Of a stretch of 64,000 bases of DNA, positions 1-12,780 are shown in pieces (the first letter of the stretch is position 1; each line of letters opens with the position of its first letter). Position numbers and translations under genes: made by a program. This DNA comes from Azolla caroliniana (lineage: Eukaryota; Plantae; Polypodiophyta): contig JBHGNT010000012.1 in the NCBI GenBank assembly GCA_043228905.1, forward strand, positions 12,958,001 through 13,022,000. Direction: 5' to 3'. The notes beneath the pieces were generated by a model that was given only the letters and a program-made list of their open reading frames with translations, was not told where the DNA came from and searched no databases.

Positions 1-2180
1 AGAGTTCTTCGGAGAGCACTCCTTGGCCAGCAAAGCGTACCAGACAGAGGGCGGTGATGACACCTTGTTCCGAGAAGTAGCTCGTGTGCTCCACAAGTAT
101 GGGTTCGTGCACCCCCGGCCCCCGGCAATGCCTAAGAACAGAGCCTTGTTCATCATCGCAACATATGAAGGGGTGAAAGTGGATTGGCCTGTAATCATCG
201 CCAATTCTCTGCGAGTGGCCATCCAATCCGTAGTGGATGGCAACTGCGAAGGAAGAACCCGCCGATGATTTCCTACGTCGTCAAAGGAGAAGCGACGCAG
301 AGCAGCAAGGGGACGAATTGGGTCCGGTTGAGGACAGCACACCGACTCCCCACTCTAAGGGACGAGAGGCAAGGCAAGAGACCGGGCCTGTTCGGCCAGA
401 AGCGGTGGCCCCGGTGCTACCATAACTATTAATAGAACTACCTACTGCACCGGGTCTATAGGCACAACAAGAAAAGGAGTTGTTACTGGAGAGAACAGTG
501 CACCAAGGGCTTTAGGAGAGACCATAGCCGACACCACAACAAGGCACCGGCAGTCAAGCACAGACAATCAGTGGCTACGTTGGATCGGGGAGTGAGTAGC
601 CGTGGTGGTACACCAACTGGAAGCCGAAGAGATCACACAAGGGGACCGGTTGCTCGCCACAACTGAAGAACTCAAGAAAGCCCAGTCGAGGATCCGGAGC
701 ATGGAGAAAAAAGTTGATGCGGCCAGACAGTTCAGTTCAGGTCCGACAGGACCATAACCGGTGGCATCGGTGACTGAATAGATAAATAACATGTCGGTAG
801 CTCCTATAGAACCAAACACAAGTGATGTGCGCGAATAAAAACTGTCCAACCTAAGGGAGGAGTTGGCTGCCTAGGAGGCCTTGAGGGCCAGAGATAGGGA
901 GCAAAAGAAGACAGTGGAGGAAGAGAAGCGAAAAATAGAAGAAAACCTCCAAAAGACTCAGGCAACAAACAACCGGTTAAACGAAGAAAAAGACAAACTG
1001 CTGCAAGGAAAAGACAAGCTGCGTCGGATGGCAGAAGGAGAGATTGAACGATTGAAAGAAGAACTCCGACAACAAAAAGACAAAGAAGACTGAGCAAGAA
1101 GCCAAATCAACCAGAGGTTAAATAAAAAAACCGAGGACTTTGAAAGATTGCACCGGGATCACAAACACTTGGAAGTAGAGCACAAGAAGTTGATGGAGGA
1201 ATGTGACCGGCAACAAGAGAAGATAAGACAACTCCGAAATGAAGTAACCAAGAAAACGGAGGCGTTGTCGAAAGAATGAACGAAGGCGGTTGAGTCGGCA
1301 AAGCTGCTGGAGGAAGCGGCAAAGCTACTAGAGAAAGGATTGTGCTTATTGGACAACACTACGACGAGATGGAACAAGCAAAATTGGTTCTGAATAGGGT
1401 TCAGACAATGTATCAAACCCAATTGCTGGAATATGAGGTGCAAGAACAGGCAACCGCGGGCCTGATACAGAAGTTAAAGGAGGAGAAGCAGGCTGCGGAG
1501 GACAAATCCAAGATGGGGCTCAGCCAGATCTGCGCCATTCTACTAGCATGGAAAGAAAGGAGAAAGAGTATGATTGGTGAAAGCTTAGTGCAATGGTGGT
1601 CAAAATGGGCACAACAGGCGGAGGAATTACAGACGTTGCGAGTGGATGCAGAAAACCAGAGAAAGGATGATGACAACTTCTACAAGATGGATGCAGAGAG
1701 CATTGTAACCATCTAGGAGGAGTTCTAAGATGATTTCTTGTCCCTGGAAGGGGAACAATTGGCGACTGTGAGGCGGCTAGTAGAACAGTTGGATGATGAC
1801 CAACATGCCACTCAACTCCAATTTGAGCAGTATGAGTAGGAGCGTAGATGGTAGATGGCATTGCAAATGATGGCGGCAATCAACATAAGTGACGGAGAGC
1901 AATCTCTAGAGTAGCCACCGAATGTAGTTGGACCCAGACGAAGCCCGAGGGGAGTAGCCAAAAATAGCCAGACCAGAAGAGCCAACAGAAGTAGAATAGG
2001 AGCAACAGGCGAAGCCAAGGACGGAAGAGCCAGAGCCGGAGGGGCCGAGACCCGTAGAGCTGGGAGCGTATGAAGCCGGAGAGGACGATCAGGCAGGAGA
2101 GCAACAACAACAGCAGCCACAACGGTAGCCACAACAAACAGCGCAGCAGAAGTAGAAGTAGATGGAGCAACTACCTGATG
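1..2180 (+). pseudogene. Degenerate extra (3') ORF of a non-chromovirus Ty3/gypsy element: conserved N-terminal domain followed by long coiled-coil and low-complexity region
   Basis: ORF 23..268 (SKAYQTEGGDDTLFREVA...MPKNRALFIIATYEGVKVDWPVI) aligns by eye with the post-pol ORF 49022..49864 (AKAYRTKEIPDPFFREVS...MPKQKADIIIDTFEWRTVNWGVI). E/K/Q-rich fragments at 881..1093 and 1342..1716. Lies directly upstream of an LTR. Confidence 0.6.
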
Positions 2181-2245
2181 AACCATTGGAACCCCTAGAC
2201 TAGAGTATTTTGGATATTCTAGAAAATGAGTAAAGGGGCTAACTC

Positions 2246-2285
2246 GTGGGTTCAACGTACAAGGTACGATCCCACGGGCGTGCCA
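2246..2285 (+). other. tRNA-Arg-like 3' half (T-arm + acceptor strand + CCA) directly before the LTR
   Basis: GTGGGTTCAA-[CGTACAAGGTACG]-ATCCCACGGGCGTGCCA resembles the plant tRNA-Arg(UCU) 3' end (GTGGGTTCGAGTCCCACTGGGCGTGCCA, recalled) with a hairpin insert. Confidence 0.5.
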
Positions 2286-2287
2286 TG

Positions 2288-2731
2288 TGTTGGCCGGTTA
2301 GGCTAAAGTATGAAAGGGGAGCTGGTTTTGGGATAAAGTGAGTTGTAATAAGAATTAATTATTATAGTTATAAGACCGAACGGATGGACCCAAAATCGGT
2401 ATGCCGTTCCGGATCCGGACCGGTTTGTAGCCGGTTGTCGATTGGCACCGGTTTGTAACATAGCCGGATACCTATAAAAGGATCCGGATATGATGTTATT
2501 AGAGACGGATAATGAATAGAGTGTTGTTATTTTCATATCTTTGTTATCCTGTTATTTCTGTTCTGTGCTTAATAATGTTTATTCTACGCGCGTAACTAAT
2601 CTATCCAGATAATGATCGAAAGAGGGATGACTTTGTGTTACGGTCCTTCCATCCTTTACTGTACAACCCCTTTGGTGAAGTGTTCCAGAAGGACACCCTA
2701 TGTTAGTGACTTGTCCAACCTAGGATTAACA
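2288..2731 (+). mobile_element. LTR (family C-related), followed by PBS
   Basis: Starts TGTTGGCCGG, the same start as the LTR at 38471. TATA (CCTATAAAAG, ~2471). Ends TAACA, then CTTTT-TGGTGACCACTAAGG (tRNA-Arg-type PBS, 2737..2751). 444 bp versus 446 bp for 38471..38916. Confidence 0.65.
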
Positions 2732-2810
2732 CTTTTTGGTGACCACTAAGGCGACCCCCCTTTGGAGATGAAGTCGAAGACTACTGGGTGAAAGCACGCG
2801 AATGGAAACA

Positions 2811-2900
2811 ATTAGCTATGTCCTTGACATAGCTAATTATCTATGCAAATCGCTACCATTGATAAATTAGGTATGCAAAAAGTTACCATTGAAAATAGTA
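2811..2900. repeat. Short TAGCTAAT-type repeat remnant
   Basis: attagctatg...tagctaattatc...gctaccattg motifs shared with the arrays at 9660 and 21488. Confidence 0.45.
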
Positions 2901-3049
2901 GAGAGTTTTAATTATATAAATGAGCACCATAAATGTGCAACATAAATTTATATGTGCACCATAAATTATATACCGAATTCCTAGGTCCATTATGCATGAT
3001 CCTTAGCCACATCACGTGGGCCATCTTTGGTTGAGTATTCTGGCTTAGA

Positions 3050-3324
3050 TTACTACCACTGTTGCTAAACCCTATTGAGTCCACTCCTCCATTGCCACCA
3101 TTCTACACTTAGTTACTAGCACTGTGTGGTCCAAGTATCATCTCCCACTATTCGATCTGACGGAGTTCACTCCTCCATTGCCGCCATTCTACAGTCAGTT
3201 GCCGCCACTGATCAGTCCAAGCATCATCTGCCAAGTTCACTCCTCCATTGCTGCCACTCTACACTCAGTTGCCACTACTGTGAAGGTCGTATATTGTTGG
3301 CACTTTTCGATCCGACAGAGTTAA
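3050..3324. repeat. Minisatellite (~60-80 bp unit TTCGATCTGACGGAGTTCACTCCTCCATTGCC..CATTCTACACTCAGTTGCC), left part
   Basis: Repeated units; the array continues at 8206 after the copia insertion. Confidence 0.7.
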
Positions 3325-6300
3325 TGACGAGAAATATGCAGAATAATCTCTGGCCACAACCGAAGCGTAGATCACTTGATGACAATCAAACACAGAAGAA
3401 ATGGGAATGGAGGTAAGTACACAAACAAAAAGAGAATACACAGGATGTTAACGTGGAAAACCCTAAGAGGGGAAAAACCACGGGAGTCCACAGACTCCAA
3501 ACTATCACTATGTCAAGGAGTACAATAGGGTGCACAGAGGCAACGACCTCTTGCTCACAATCTTCGCCTAGCGGCGGTTACAACAGAGACGTGCTTTGTA
3601 TCGCTCTCTCTCTCTCTCTCTGTAAAGTCGTTACACCAATAATCCTATACAACGATAACAACAACTATGATCATCATCCACACACTGTTTGCCCTAGGTC
3701 ACATTTATACTAATATGACATTAGGACTATTTACAAATATAGCCCCAATGGGCTCTTAGAAACATATCTACATATATGTCCCTTCATTCGGTGAGAGGTT
3801 CTCACCATCCTGTAGCATCCGGTTCCTTCCTTGCCGGGTACTCATCATCCGGTTCTCACCGGGTCTTCCAATGCCGGGCCTTCGTATCCCATCCGGAGGG
3901 ACCAAGATCCTAACAAACTCCCCCTTTACTCCGGCATGGGATGCTTCGTCAATCCGATCCGCTTCCTGCATGCGTCTAGCTTGTCGGGCGTGAGCACCTT
4001 GGTCAACATATCCGACCCATTCTCCTTTGTGTGGATCTTCATCAGCACGAACTCTCGGTCTTCTACTCGCTTCCGAATCCAGTGGTACCTCCGCTGGATG
4101 TGCTTCATCCTGGAATGATACGTTGCGTTTTTCGCAAGGTGGATGGCACTTTCACTATCGCAATAGAGTTGGTATTCCTCTTGCCGGATCCCTAGCTCTT
4201 CGATGAAGTCCTTCATCTATAGTATTTCCTTGCCGGCTTCCACAGCCGCCATGTACTCCGCTTCCGTGGTTGACAACGCAACCGTCTTCTGCACCCTTGA
4301 TTGCCACAAAACAACTCCCCCCCCCCCCCCCCCCCCCCGCATATGTCATGACATATCCGGATGTTGACCGGCTGGCATCCGCATCAGCCGACATATCCGA
4401 ATCGGTGAAACCGTCAAGTTGGGGTTTACCGGAGCCGAATCGAAGGCACATACTTGAGGTGCCTTTCAATTGCTTCGCTGGCCGGTCCCGGATGATATGC
4501 ATCCCCAACATCTGTCTTGCCGGATCCAAGTCTTTCATTGAGAAGGTCCGGTTTAGGGCCTTCTTCAACATCCATATCTTGACTTGGTCTCATCCGACAA
4601 TCAACGTGTCGTCCACATACAAGAGGAGTATCAGGAAGTCTCCACCTTCGAACTTATTCACAAATACGCAGTGATTGACTTGCATTTTGTGGTACCCTTG
4701 ATCGGTCATGAAGGAGTCGAACTTTTGGTACCATTGCCGGGGAGCCTGCTTCAACTCGTAGAGGCTCTTTTTTAACCGGCAAACCAGGTACTCCTTCCCT
4801 TTCTTCAGAAATCCCTTCGGTTGTTGTATGTAGATCTCCTCTTCGAGGTCACCCTGGAACGCCGTCTTCACGTCTAGTTGCTCTACCTTGAGCTCCATGC
4901 TTGCCGCTATGCTAAGCACCGTCCGGATGGAAGTCATCTTTACTACCGAGGCAAATATCTCGTCGAAGTCCACGCCCTTCTTCTGCTGGAACCCCTTCAC
5001 CACTATCCTGGATTTGTACCTTGGAGGGTTGTCGGCATCTCCCAGTTTCAACTTGTACACCCACTTGTTTCGGAGTGCCCTCTTTCCTTTCGGCAACTCC
5101 ACCAATTCATCCGTGTGGTTCTCATGCAGGGAATCCATCTCGTCCTGCGTGGCACTCAACCACTTGCGGCTATGGGTGTCATCGTTCGCTTCTTCGAAGC
5201 TTTCCATCTCCCTCTCATCAGTCAGCAGCACATGCTCTGCATCCGGAAATCTCCGGGGGGCCCTTCTCTCTCTGAGAGGAAATCTCCGCCTTTGGCTTTC
5301 GGCAACCGGCTCCTCTATTTGTTCTTCATCTAAATCTGATTCAGGTTCTTGGCCGGTTCCGATTTCAGCTTCCTCTTAGCCGGGTGGGTCTGAATCTCAT
5401 CGGAGTTCATTATCTTCTTCTATGACTCCCAGTCAGCAAGAGTCTTGTCCTCCATGAAGATAATATCTCGGCTCCGAAAAACCTTCTTGTCAACCGGATC
5501 CCACACTCGGTAGCCGAACTCATCATCGCCGTATCCAAGGAATATGAATGGTCGGGTCTTTGGATCCAACTTTCCTCTTCGGTCCTTAGCAACATACACG
5601 TACGCGAGACACCCAAAAACCTTCAAATGCCGGTAGGAAACTTCCTTACCGGTCCACACCTTTTGCAATATGTCTCCATCCAAGGGCACTAAGGGTGATA
5701 TGTTTATCACATACGTCGTTGTCGATAGTGCCTTAGCCCAAAACGTCTTGGGTAGTTTAGCATGTGCTAGCATACTCCGGACCCTCTCCATTATGGTCCG
5801 GTTCATCCTCTCGGCTAGCCTGTTTAGTTCTGGTGTCTTCGGCAAGGTAAATTCAAGCCGGATTCCCTTCGAGCGGCAGTACTCCTCGAACTACCCCTAG
5901 TATTCCCCTCCGTTATCTACTCGAACCGCCTTCAGCTTCCATTCGGTTTCTCTTTCCACTCTTGCGTGGAGCTCCTTGAAGACGGATAACACCTGATCCT
6001 TCGTCTTCAACGATGTGGCCCACAGCCTCGTGTTGTGGTCATCTATGAACGTCACGAAGTATTGCACTCCGGCATGGGACTTCGTGTCCACTTGAGACAC
6101 ATCGGTATGCACCAACTCCAATGGTACATTACGTCTCATCGATGGCCTTGATTGGAAGGAGGTCCGGTTTTGCTTACCAGCTAGGCAATCGGTGCACCTC
6201 TCAAGATGCACGTTCTTCACCGGAATGAGGTTGTCATCAGCAAGCCTCTTCATCCCCTTCACGCTCATGTGCCACAGCTCACCGGCAGTGTTGAAAGCCA

Positions 6301-8205
6301 CGTTCACTTCTTCCGGACATAATCGGGCATTCATCAAGTACATCGTGTTGAACTTCTGGGCTCGAGCCACTATTAGGCTCCCTTTGCTAAATTTCATGAC
6401 TCCGTTCCGGATGTTACCCGCGTAGCCTTTATCATCTAGCCGACTGGCTGATATCAGGTTCAGTCGAACCTCCGAAACGTGTCGAACATCCTTCAATAGT
6501 AGCTTGCATCCGGTTGGTGTTGTCAACCACACGTCTCCTATGCCGACAATTCAGCATGTACCTTCATTCCCCATCCGGACATAACCGTGATCATCGGCTA
6601 TGTAGGATGAGAAGCATTTCCGGTCCGGGGTAAAAGGTGGAACAACGCTCCAGAATCAACAACCCACGTTGTCTCGTCGCCAGCAAGGTTCAACTCACTC
6701 TCCTCGGTGATGAGCATCACCTCTTCTTCACTTGCCACGATTGCCGTCGTTCCCTTCCGGTTCGGTCCCCTCCGGTCGTTACCATTCCGGTCCGATGTCC
6801 GCTTCGAATCGGTACCATCGATTTCCTTATCTTTTCAGAAGTGCCGACAGTTCTTCTAGAAGTGTCCCGGCTTGCCGCAATAGAAGCAAGTAGGCCTCCC
6901 CCTTGACTTTGACCGTGTCCCCGACTTTGCCCGGTTCTGGGGACTACGGTTCCTTTGTCTTCCGCGTTCCGATTCGGTAAGGAGCGCTTTGGAGTCGGAG
7001 CTCGTATCCTTGTCTTTCCGATGCGCCTCCTCATCTAGCAAGCTTGACTTCACTCTTGCTAGGGATAACCGTTTCCCTTCCGGCCCGACGTTGCCCACAG
7101 TAACAACCAACATCTCCCAGCTATCTGGGAGGGAACCGAGCAGGAGTGCTAGTACCTCATCGACGAGAGGTAGTTCCAATGATGTTGCCTGGTGGATCAT
7201 CCCCTAGAAGGCATTCATGTGCTCCACGATGCTGGAGCCATCTTGGTACCGGAGTTTTACTAGCTTCCGAAATATCGAAACCTGATTAACAACATTTCGG
7301 TTCTGAAACATAATGCCGATCTTCTCCCAGAGCTCATGAGCCTTGCTCTCTTCATTGAAGTTGTTGTATAGACTCATGTCGATGAAGCACCGTATGTATG
7401 TCGTTGTCTTCATGTGCATCACCTCCCATATCGTGGCATCAACTTTGTCCGGTCTCTTGTCCCCGAACTGAACCGGCAACCAAAGATCTTTAACCACGAG
7501 CATGTCCCTCATCTTCAACTTCCACACTGAGTAGTTGGAGCTGGTGAGCTTGAACATGCCTCCCAACGAATCGTCCATTTTTCTGTGTCGTTTCGCTCTG
7601 ATACCAGTTTGACGAGAAATATGTGGAATAATCTCCGGCCACAACCGAAGCGTAGATCACTTGATGACAACCAAACACAGAAGAAATGGGAATGGAGGTA
7701 AGTACACAAACAGAAAGAGAATACACAGGATGTTAACGTGGAAAACCCTGAGAGGTGAAAAACCACGGGAGTCCACAGCCTCCAAACTATCATTATGTCA
7801 AGGAGTACAACAGGGAGCATAGAGGCAACGACCTCTTGCTCACAATCTTCGCCTAGCGGCGGTTACAACAGAGACATGCTCTGTATCGCTCTATCTCTCT
7901 CTCTCTCTGTAAAGTCGTTACACCAATAATCCTATACAACGATAACAACAACAACTATGATCATCATCCACACATTGTTTGCCCTAGGTCACATTTATAC
8001 TAATATGACATTAGGACTATTTACAGATATAGCCCCAATGGGCTCTCAGAAACATATCCACATATATGTCCCTTCATCCGGTGAGAGGTTCTCACCGTCT
8101 TGCAGCATCTGGTTCCTTCCTTGCCGGGTACTCGTCATCCAGTTCGCACCGGGTCTTCCGATGCCGGGCCTTCGTATCCCATTTGGAGGGACAGAGATCC
8201 TAACA
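3325..8205 (-). mobile_element. Ty1/copia LTR retrotransposon, decayed, full-length boundaries
   Basis: LTRs 7610..8205 (5') and 3325..3915 (3'). TSD GTTAA (3320-3324 / 8206-8210). PBS TGGTATCAGAGC (tRNA-iMet, 7606..7595). PPT AAAGGGGGAG next to 3916. Confidence 0.95.
3926..7578 (-). pseudogene. Copia gag-PR-IN-RT-RNaseH polyprotein, fragmented
   Basis: CFYCGKPGHF zinc knuckle, LELVHTD, VRVDNGGEY, LYVDD, YCDSESAIHLAKN. Many stops and frameshifts, a deletion between IIRDR and LKGT, and a C22 run at 4317..4338. Confidence 0.9.
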
Positions 8206-8870
8206 GTTAACTCCTTCTCCACTGCCTTCATTCTACTCTCAGTTTCCATCATTGTGCATTTCAAGCATCATCTGCCACTGCTCGATCTGACGGAGTTCAC
8301 TCCTCCATTGCCATCATTCTACACTCAGTTGCCGCTACTATTCGATGATTGGTCCTGGATTGTTGCCACTTTTCGATTTGACGGAGTTCACTCATCCATT
8401 GCCATCATTCTACACTTAGTTGCCGCTACTGTTCGGTCGTGTATTGCTGCCACTTTTTTATCTGAGGGAGTTCACTCCTTCTCAACTGTTGCCATTGTAC
8501 TCTCAATTGTCGTCACTATGCATTCCAAGCATCACCTGCCACTGTTCGATCTGACAGAGTTCACTCCTCCATTGCTATCATTCTACACTTAGTTGCCACT
8601 ACTGTTCGGTCCTAGATTGCTGCCACTTTTCGATTTGACGGAGTTCACTCGTCCATTGCCATCATTCTACACTTAGTTGCCGCTATTGTTCGGTGGTGTA
8701 TTGCTGCCACTTTTCGATCAGAAGGAGTTCACTCCTTCTCCACTGCTACAATTCTACTCTCAGTTGTCTTCATTGTGCATTCCAAGCATCATCTGCCACA
8801 GTTCGATTCGACGGAATTCACTCCTCCATTCCCATCATTCTACACTCAGTTGCCGCAATTGTTCGGTCCT
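8206..8870. repeat. Minisatellite, right part (same unit as 3050..3324)
   Basis: About 8-9 degenerate copies of the GGAGTTCACTCCTCCATTGCC unit. Confidence 0.75.
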
Positions 8871-9263
8871 AGGAGGAAAATTAGGGTTTAAACCCGTCGA
8901 GCCCAATGGAAGGGGAAGGAGGGTGTTTAGAATTACCACTCAATGATCATCAGGATATGGATGACGTTGTCAGGACACAACAAGCGATATGAAAGTATTG
9001 GGAAGAAAAAAAAAACATTGTCAATTGTTGACGGATACAAGTCTAAATATCATTGAGAATGGAAGTAATGAGACTACTATCATAGAGAGAAAGGTTGTAG
9101 ACCATTTCATGTTCAAACCAAGAACATCAGCAATGAAGACAAGAAGGTAGTACTTTATGGAATATTAAATGATCCATCGATAAAGGAGTTAGTTAATTGT
9201 GATGGTCTTAATGCAAACATAACATCTGTACTAGTAAATAATCTCCATAATAGTTTTGTATCC

Positions 9264-11447
9264 ATGAGCAGGTCAGAAGATGATCTTGTCTTAAAAAGGT
9301 CTAGTCTAATGATGTTACTTAATAGTGATGTTGACGATATTAACATCAGTGTGCTATCTAAGGTAATTGGTGTTAATAGAAAAAGTGTGTACAATACTTT
9401 GAACCGGATAGTTTCCTCGGGTGAAAGAACTAGTCTGCTAAAGCTAACAACAAGATGTAAGCCAATGACAACCATAACATCCGAAATCAAGCATATAATC
9501 ACAATATTTTGGACTAATGAGAGTAGGGTTTCACCCAATAAGAAGGATTTATGCATGAAATGTGTTGGAAGGAGTCAATATGAGGAGCATCCCATTCATC
9601 TTCTTGATGTACCTCAAGTATTTACATTTATCTCAACATTTGTTTGGACTTTTGAGCTTAGTTAGTTAGCTTATTAGCTACCTCTGAATATGACCATACC
9701 CGAATAGCTAATTACCTACCTCAGAATATGACCATAGCTAACTAGCTACCAATAATAACTAATTAGCTACTAGAATAGCTAATTAGCTCCCTAAGAATGT
9801 CGAACATAGCTATTTCGCTACCATTAATAACTATTTAGCTACCACAATAGCTAATTATCTGCATATAACAATAGCTAACTAGCTACTAGAGTAGCTAATT
9901 AGCTGCTTATGACTATAGCTAATTAGCTACCAGAATTACTAATCCCCTACTTGAATAACTACTGTACTAAACTATGGTAGTGGCTAATTAGCTACTGTAC
10001 TGCATATAACAATAGCTAACTAGCTACCAGAGTAGCTAATTAGCTGCTTATGACTATAGCTAATTAGCTACCAGAATTGCTAATCCCCTACTTGAATAGC
10101 TACTGTACTAAACTATGGTAGTAGCTAATTAGCTACTGTACTAAACTATGGTAGTAGCTTATTAGCTACTATTTAGCTAATTAGCTATTGTATTAAACTA
10201 TGGTAGTAGCTAATTAACTACGACTTAGCTAATTAGCTATTGTACTAAACTATGGTAGTACCTTATTAGCTACTCACCTGAAGTATGGTAGTACCTAATT
10301 AGACACTATAACTAAAGTATGGTAGTAGCTAATTAGCTATCACTTAACTAATTAACTACTATACTAAACTATGGTAGTAGCTAATTAGCTACCACTTAGC
10401 TAATTAGCTACTGTACTAAACTATGGTAGTAGCTAATTAGCTACCACTTAGGTAATTAGCTAAACGTTTGGAGCTTACTCAACATTGGGTTTGGTTTGAT
10501 GGAGCTGCATCACAATTCAAGGCTAGACATCCATTTTATTTTGTGGGGAGGTATCCTGTTAGAACAGGTTTGAAGATGAGATTGAATTTTTTTGGGTCTG
10601 GCCATGGTAAAGGTGAACATGATGATGCAGGTGATGTTATAAAGCGGGCACTTACCCATGAACAACTAAAGGCAGATGGTGTGCAGATGAATTGTGCAGC
10701 ACATGTAGTTGAATTTTTAAGAGCTAATATGTCAACGAGTGCAATTGGTGTTTATTCCTCGCAGGTCCGAGATATCAAACGTGAATTTTGGGAAGTGAAG
10801 ATAGATGAAGTAAATAGGGAGAAGACCTGAGAGTGCCAAGGATTCCCGAATTGCGATCTCTCCATGTTGTTCGCGGTTATTCTAGGTTGGATGGTCATCG
10901 TATTGTGGTTAGAGAATTAACTTGTTTTTGCTTCCATTGTGTGCAGGGAAATTGGAGGTATTGTTTAAACAAAGCATATATTCAGAATTGGGAGTATCAT
11001 ACATTGAATGATAAGGAAGCAGTTCATGGAGAAACAGAAAAGAATGTTGACTTCACATATCAAGGACATGGAGATACTCTAAGTGATGTCTTAAATGTTG
11101 GGGATAATTTCGCTGTAAATGCAAAAGAAGGCAATTAAGAGGGTGATGATTTCTATATATTGAAGTGCATGGTTAGTAAACAGTGTGCAACGCAGAATAT
11201 ATTAGATGCTTGGGGAAATGTTGTATCTACCGGGACATTCTACATCGAAGGTTTTTCTTATGCAAGACTAGATGATTATGATTATGTGTATAGGCTATTA
11301 GAAGACAAACAAGTGGCGTACATGTACTCTCATTTGGTCAGGTGCATCAATGTCCCAATGTCGCAATACAATAGTTGCTCAGGTTTATACACAGTTAGTG
11401 CTAATATGTATGAATGTATTTACAACAATATGCCATGGAATTTGTAG
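9264..11447 (+). pseudogene. Sola2-like DDD/E DNA transposase remnant
   Basis: WFDGAASQFK...NFFGSGHGKGEHDDAGDVIKR and RELTCFCFHC motifs. N-terminal part FWTNESRVSPNKKD. Stops, and the middle part is missing or replaced by the repeat array. Confidence 0.6.
9660..10465. repeat. Palindromic TAGCTAATTAGCTA minisatellite array
   Basis: Dozens of TAGCTAATTAGCTA cores with ACTAAACTATGGTAG spacers. Confidence 0.9.
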
Positions 11448-11847
11448 CTACAAGTAGCAATTACCAGTTTTCTTGTAAAACAAACAAAACACATGTATTG
11501 CAAATAAACAGTTTAATGGACCTGTTTGGGAGTTTTTTTTTTGATATACAATCTACTTTTTGTGCTTCTTTCTCAACAAAATCATGTGTCATTTTTATAT
11601 ACAGCCTTCTTTCTGATATACAATTTAATAATATCGTTTAGAGTTCTTCTTTCTGAGAGACAGATTTACTCAAGTGAACCATGTACAAGTTAAAATAGTT
11701 TGCATAATTTTAAGAAAAAACACTATCATGAAATCAACAATATAATTACATAGTAGATAAGTTACTGAAAACAAGCAATTTAATTCTTCATTGATTAAGT
11801 GGTAGCAAATTACATATTTATAACATCCCATTGCCAATGTCTTCAAA

Positions 11848-12780
11848 TCACCTATAAAAAACTAAGCTCTTGCTGGTTAGTGGAATTTCTCTACATATAT
11901 GATCTGCATACCGAGCTCGGTATGGAGTCCACAACCATGTAGCTAGTTGGCAACTCAATGTTTTCACCAAATAGTGTTCAGGCATTTCATCGGGTAGAAT
12001 GAGACAGCATCTGCGAATGTTGAAGTAATGTCGGAAATGTTCTGTATCTAGAATCAACGTATTGTCGGCATTATAATCTGGCCAGGTGTCCCAAAAATCA
12101 GAAAGTCTTTTCAATCTTGCAACATCCTTCTACTCACAATTCTCTCATGTCCACTGACCCTTGAAATGTTGTCGCCACATCGGGAAGAATCTTTCTACGC
12201 ACTTCCACACATCTGTACGTGGTTTTTCGCTCCAAATAAACAAATCAAAGTATTGCATAGCCCACTCTAGAAATTGATTTGCGTCCCTTGTTGGTGCCAT
12301 ATATCGCACACTCATCATGACTTTATCAAGGTCCAAGATTAAGGCTCTTCTTTCGACTTCTAATGGTTTAGGTTTCCATTCCTATAACTTACCCTCTATT
12401 ACACCAATTACTGGTAGCACACGATCAATTTCAATCAACTCAGGTTCTGTCGGCACAATTGGTGTCCTTTTCCTCTTCAAACCCCTGGTCGAATGTGTTG
12501 GGCCTGGCTTTACATTCTGGTGCTCTTGTGTTGTCGACTTAGTCATTGGCTCGGTGCATGTAGATACTGATCTGGTTGGTATCATCCCACTAGTATCACA
12601 TGCTGCATCTTCCTGCAAAATCAGATCATTTGTCCAACATGCTTGATCAACTTGCGTGACCAGATCATTTGTGTCAGTTGCTACATCTACTTTCAAGATG
12701 TGGCCCTCTAAACACGCAACAACATCAACAGTTTCCACACTGCCATCGGCCTTAGGAGCAATAGATTCAACCGTTTAGAC
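11848..12780 (-). pseudogene. FCP1/NIF (HAD-family CTD phosphatase-like) domain remnant
   Basis: KRALILDLDKV ... FLEWAMQYFDLFIWS ... KRLSDFWDTWPDYNADNTLILD match FCP1-homology motifs. Interrupted by stops. Confidence 0.55.

Noticed and set aside
7957-8592. 211-aa ORF with repeated LFDLTEFTPPL
   Set aside because: It spans the copia LTR and a minisatellite; the open frame is a by-product of the repeat.
8881-8895. TTAGGGTTT as an interstitial telomere
   Set aside because: Single telo-box-like unit (also ~3066 and ~12995); not significant alone.
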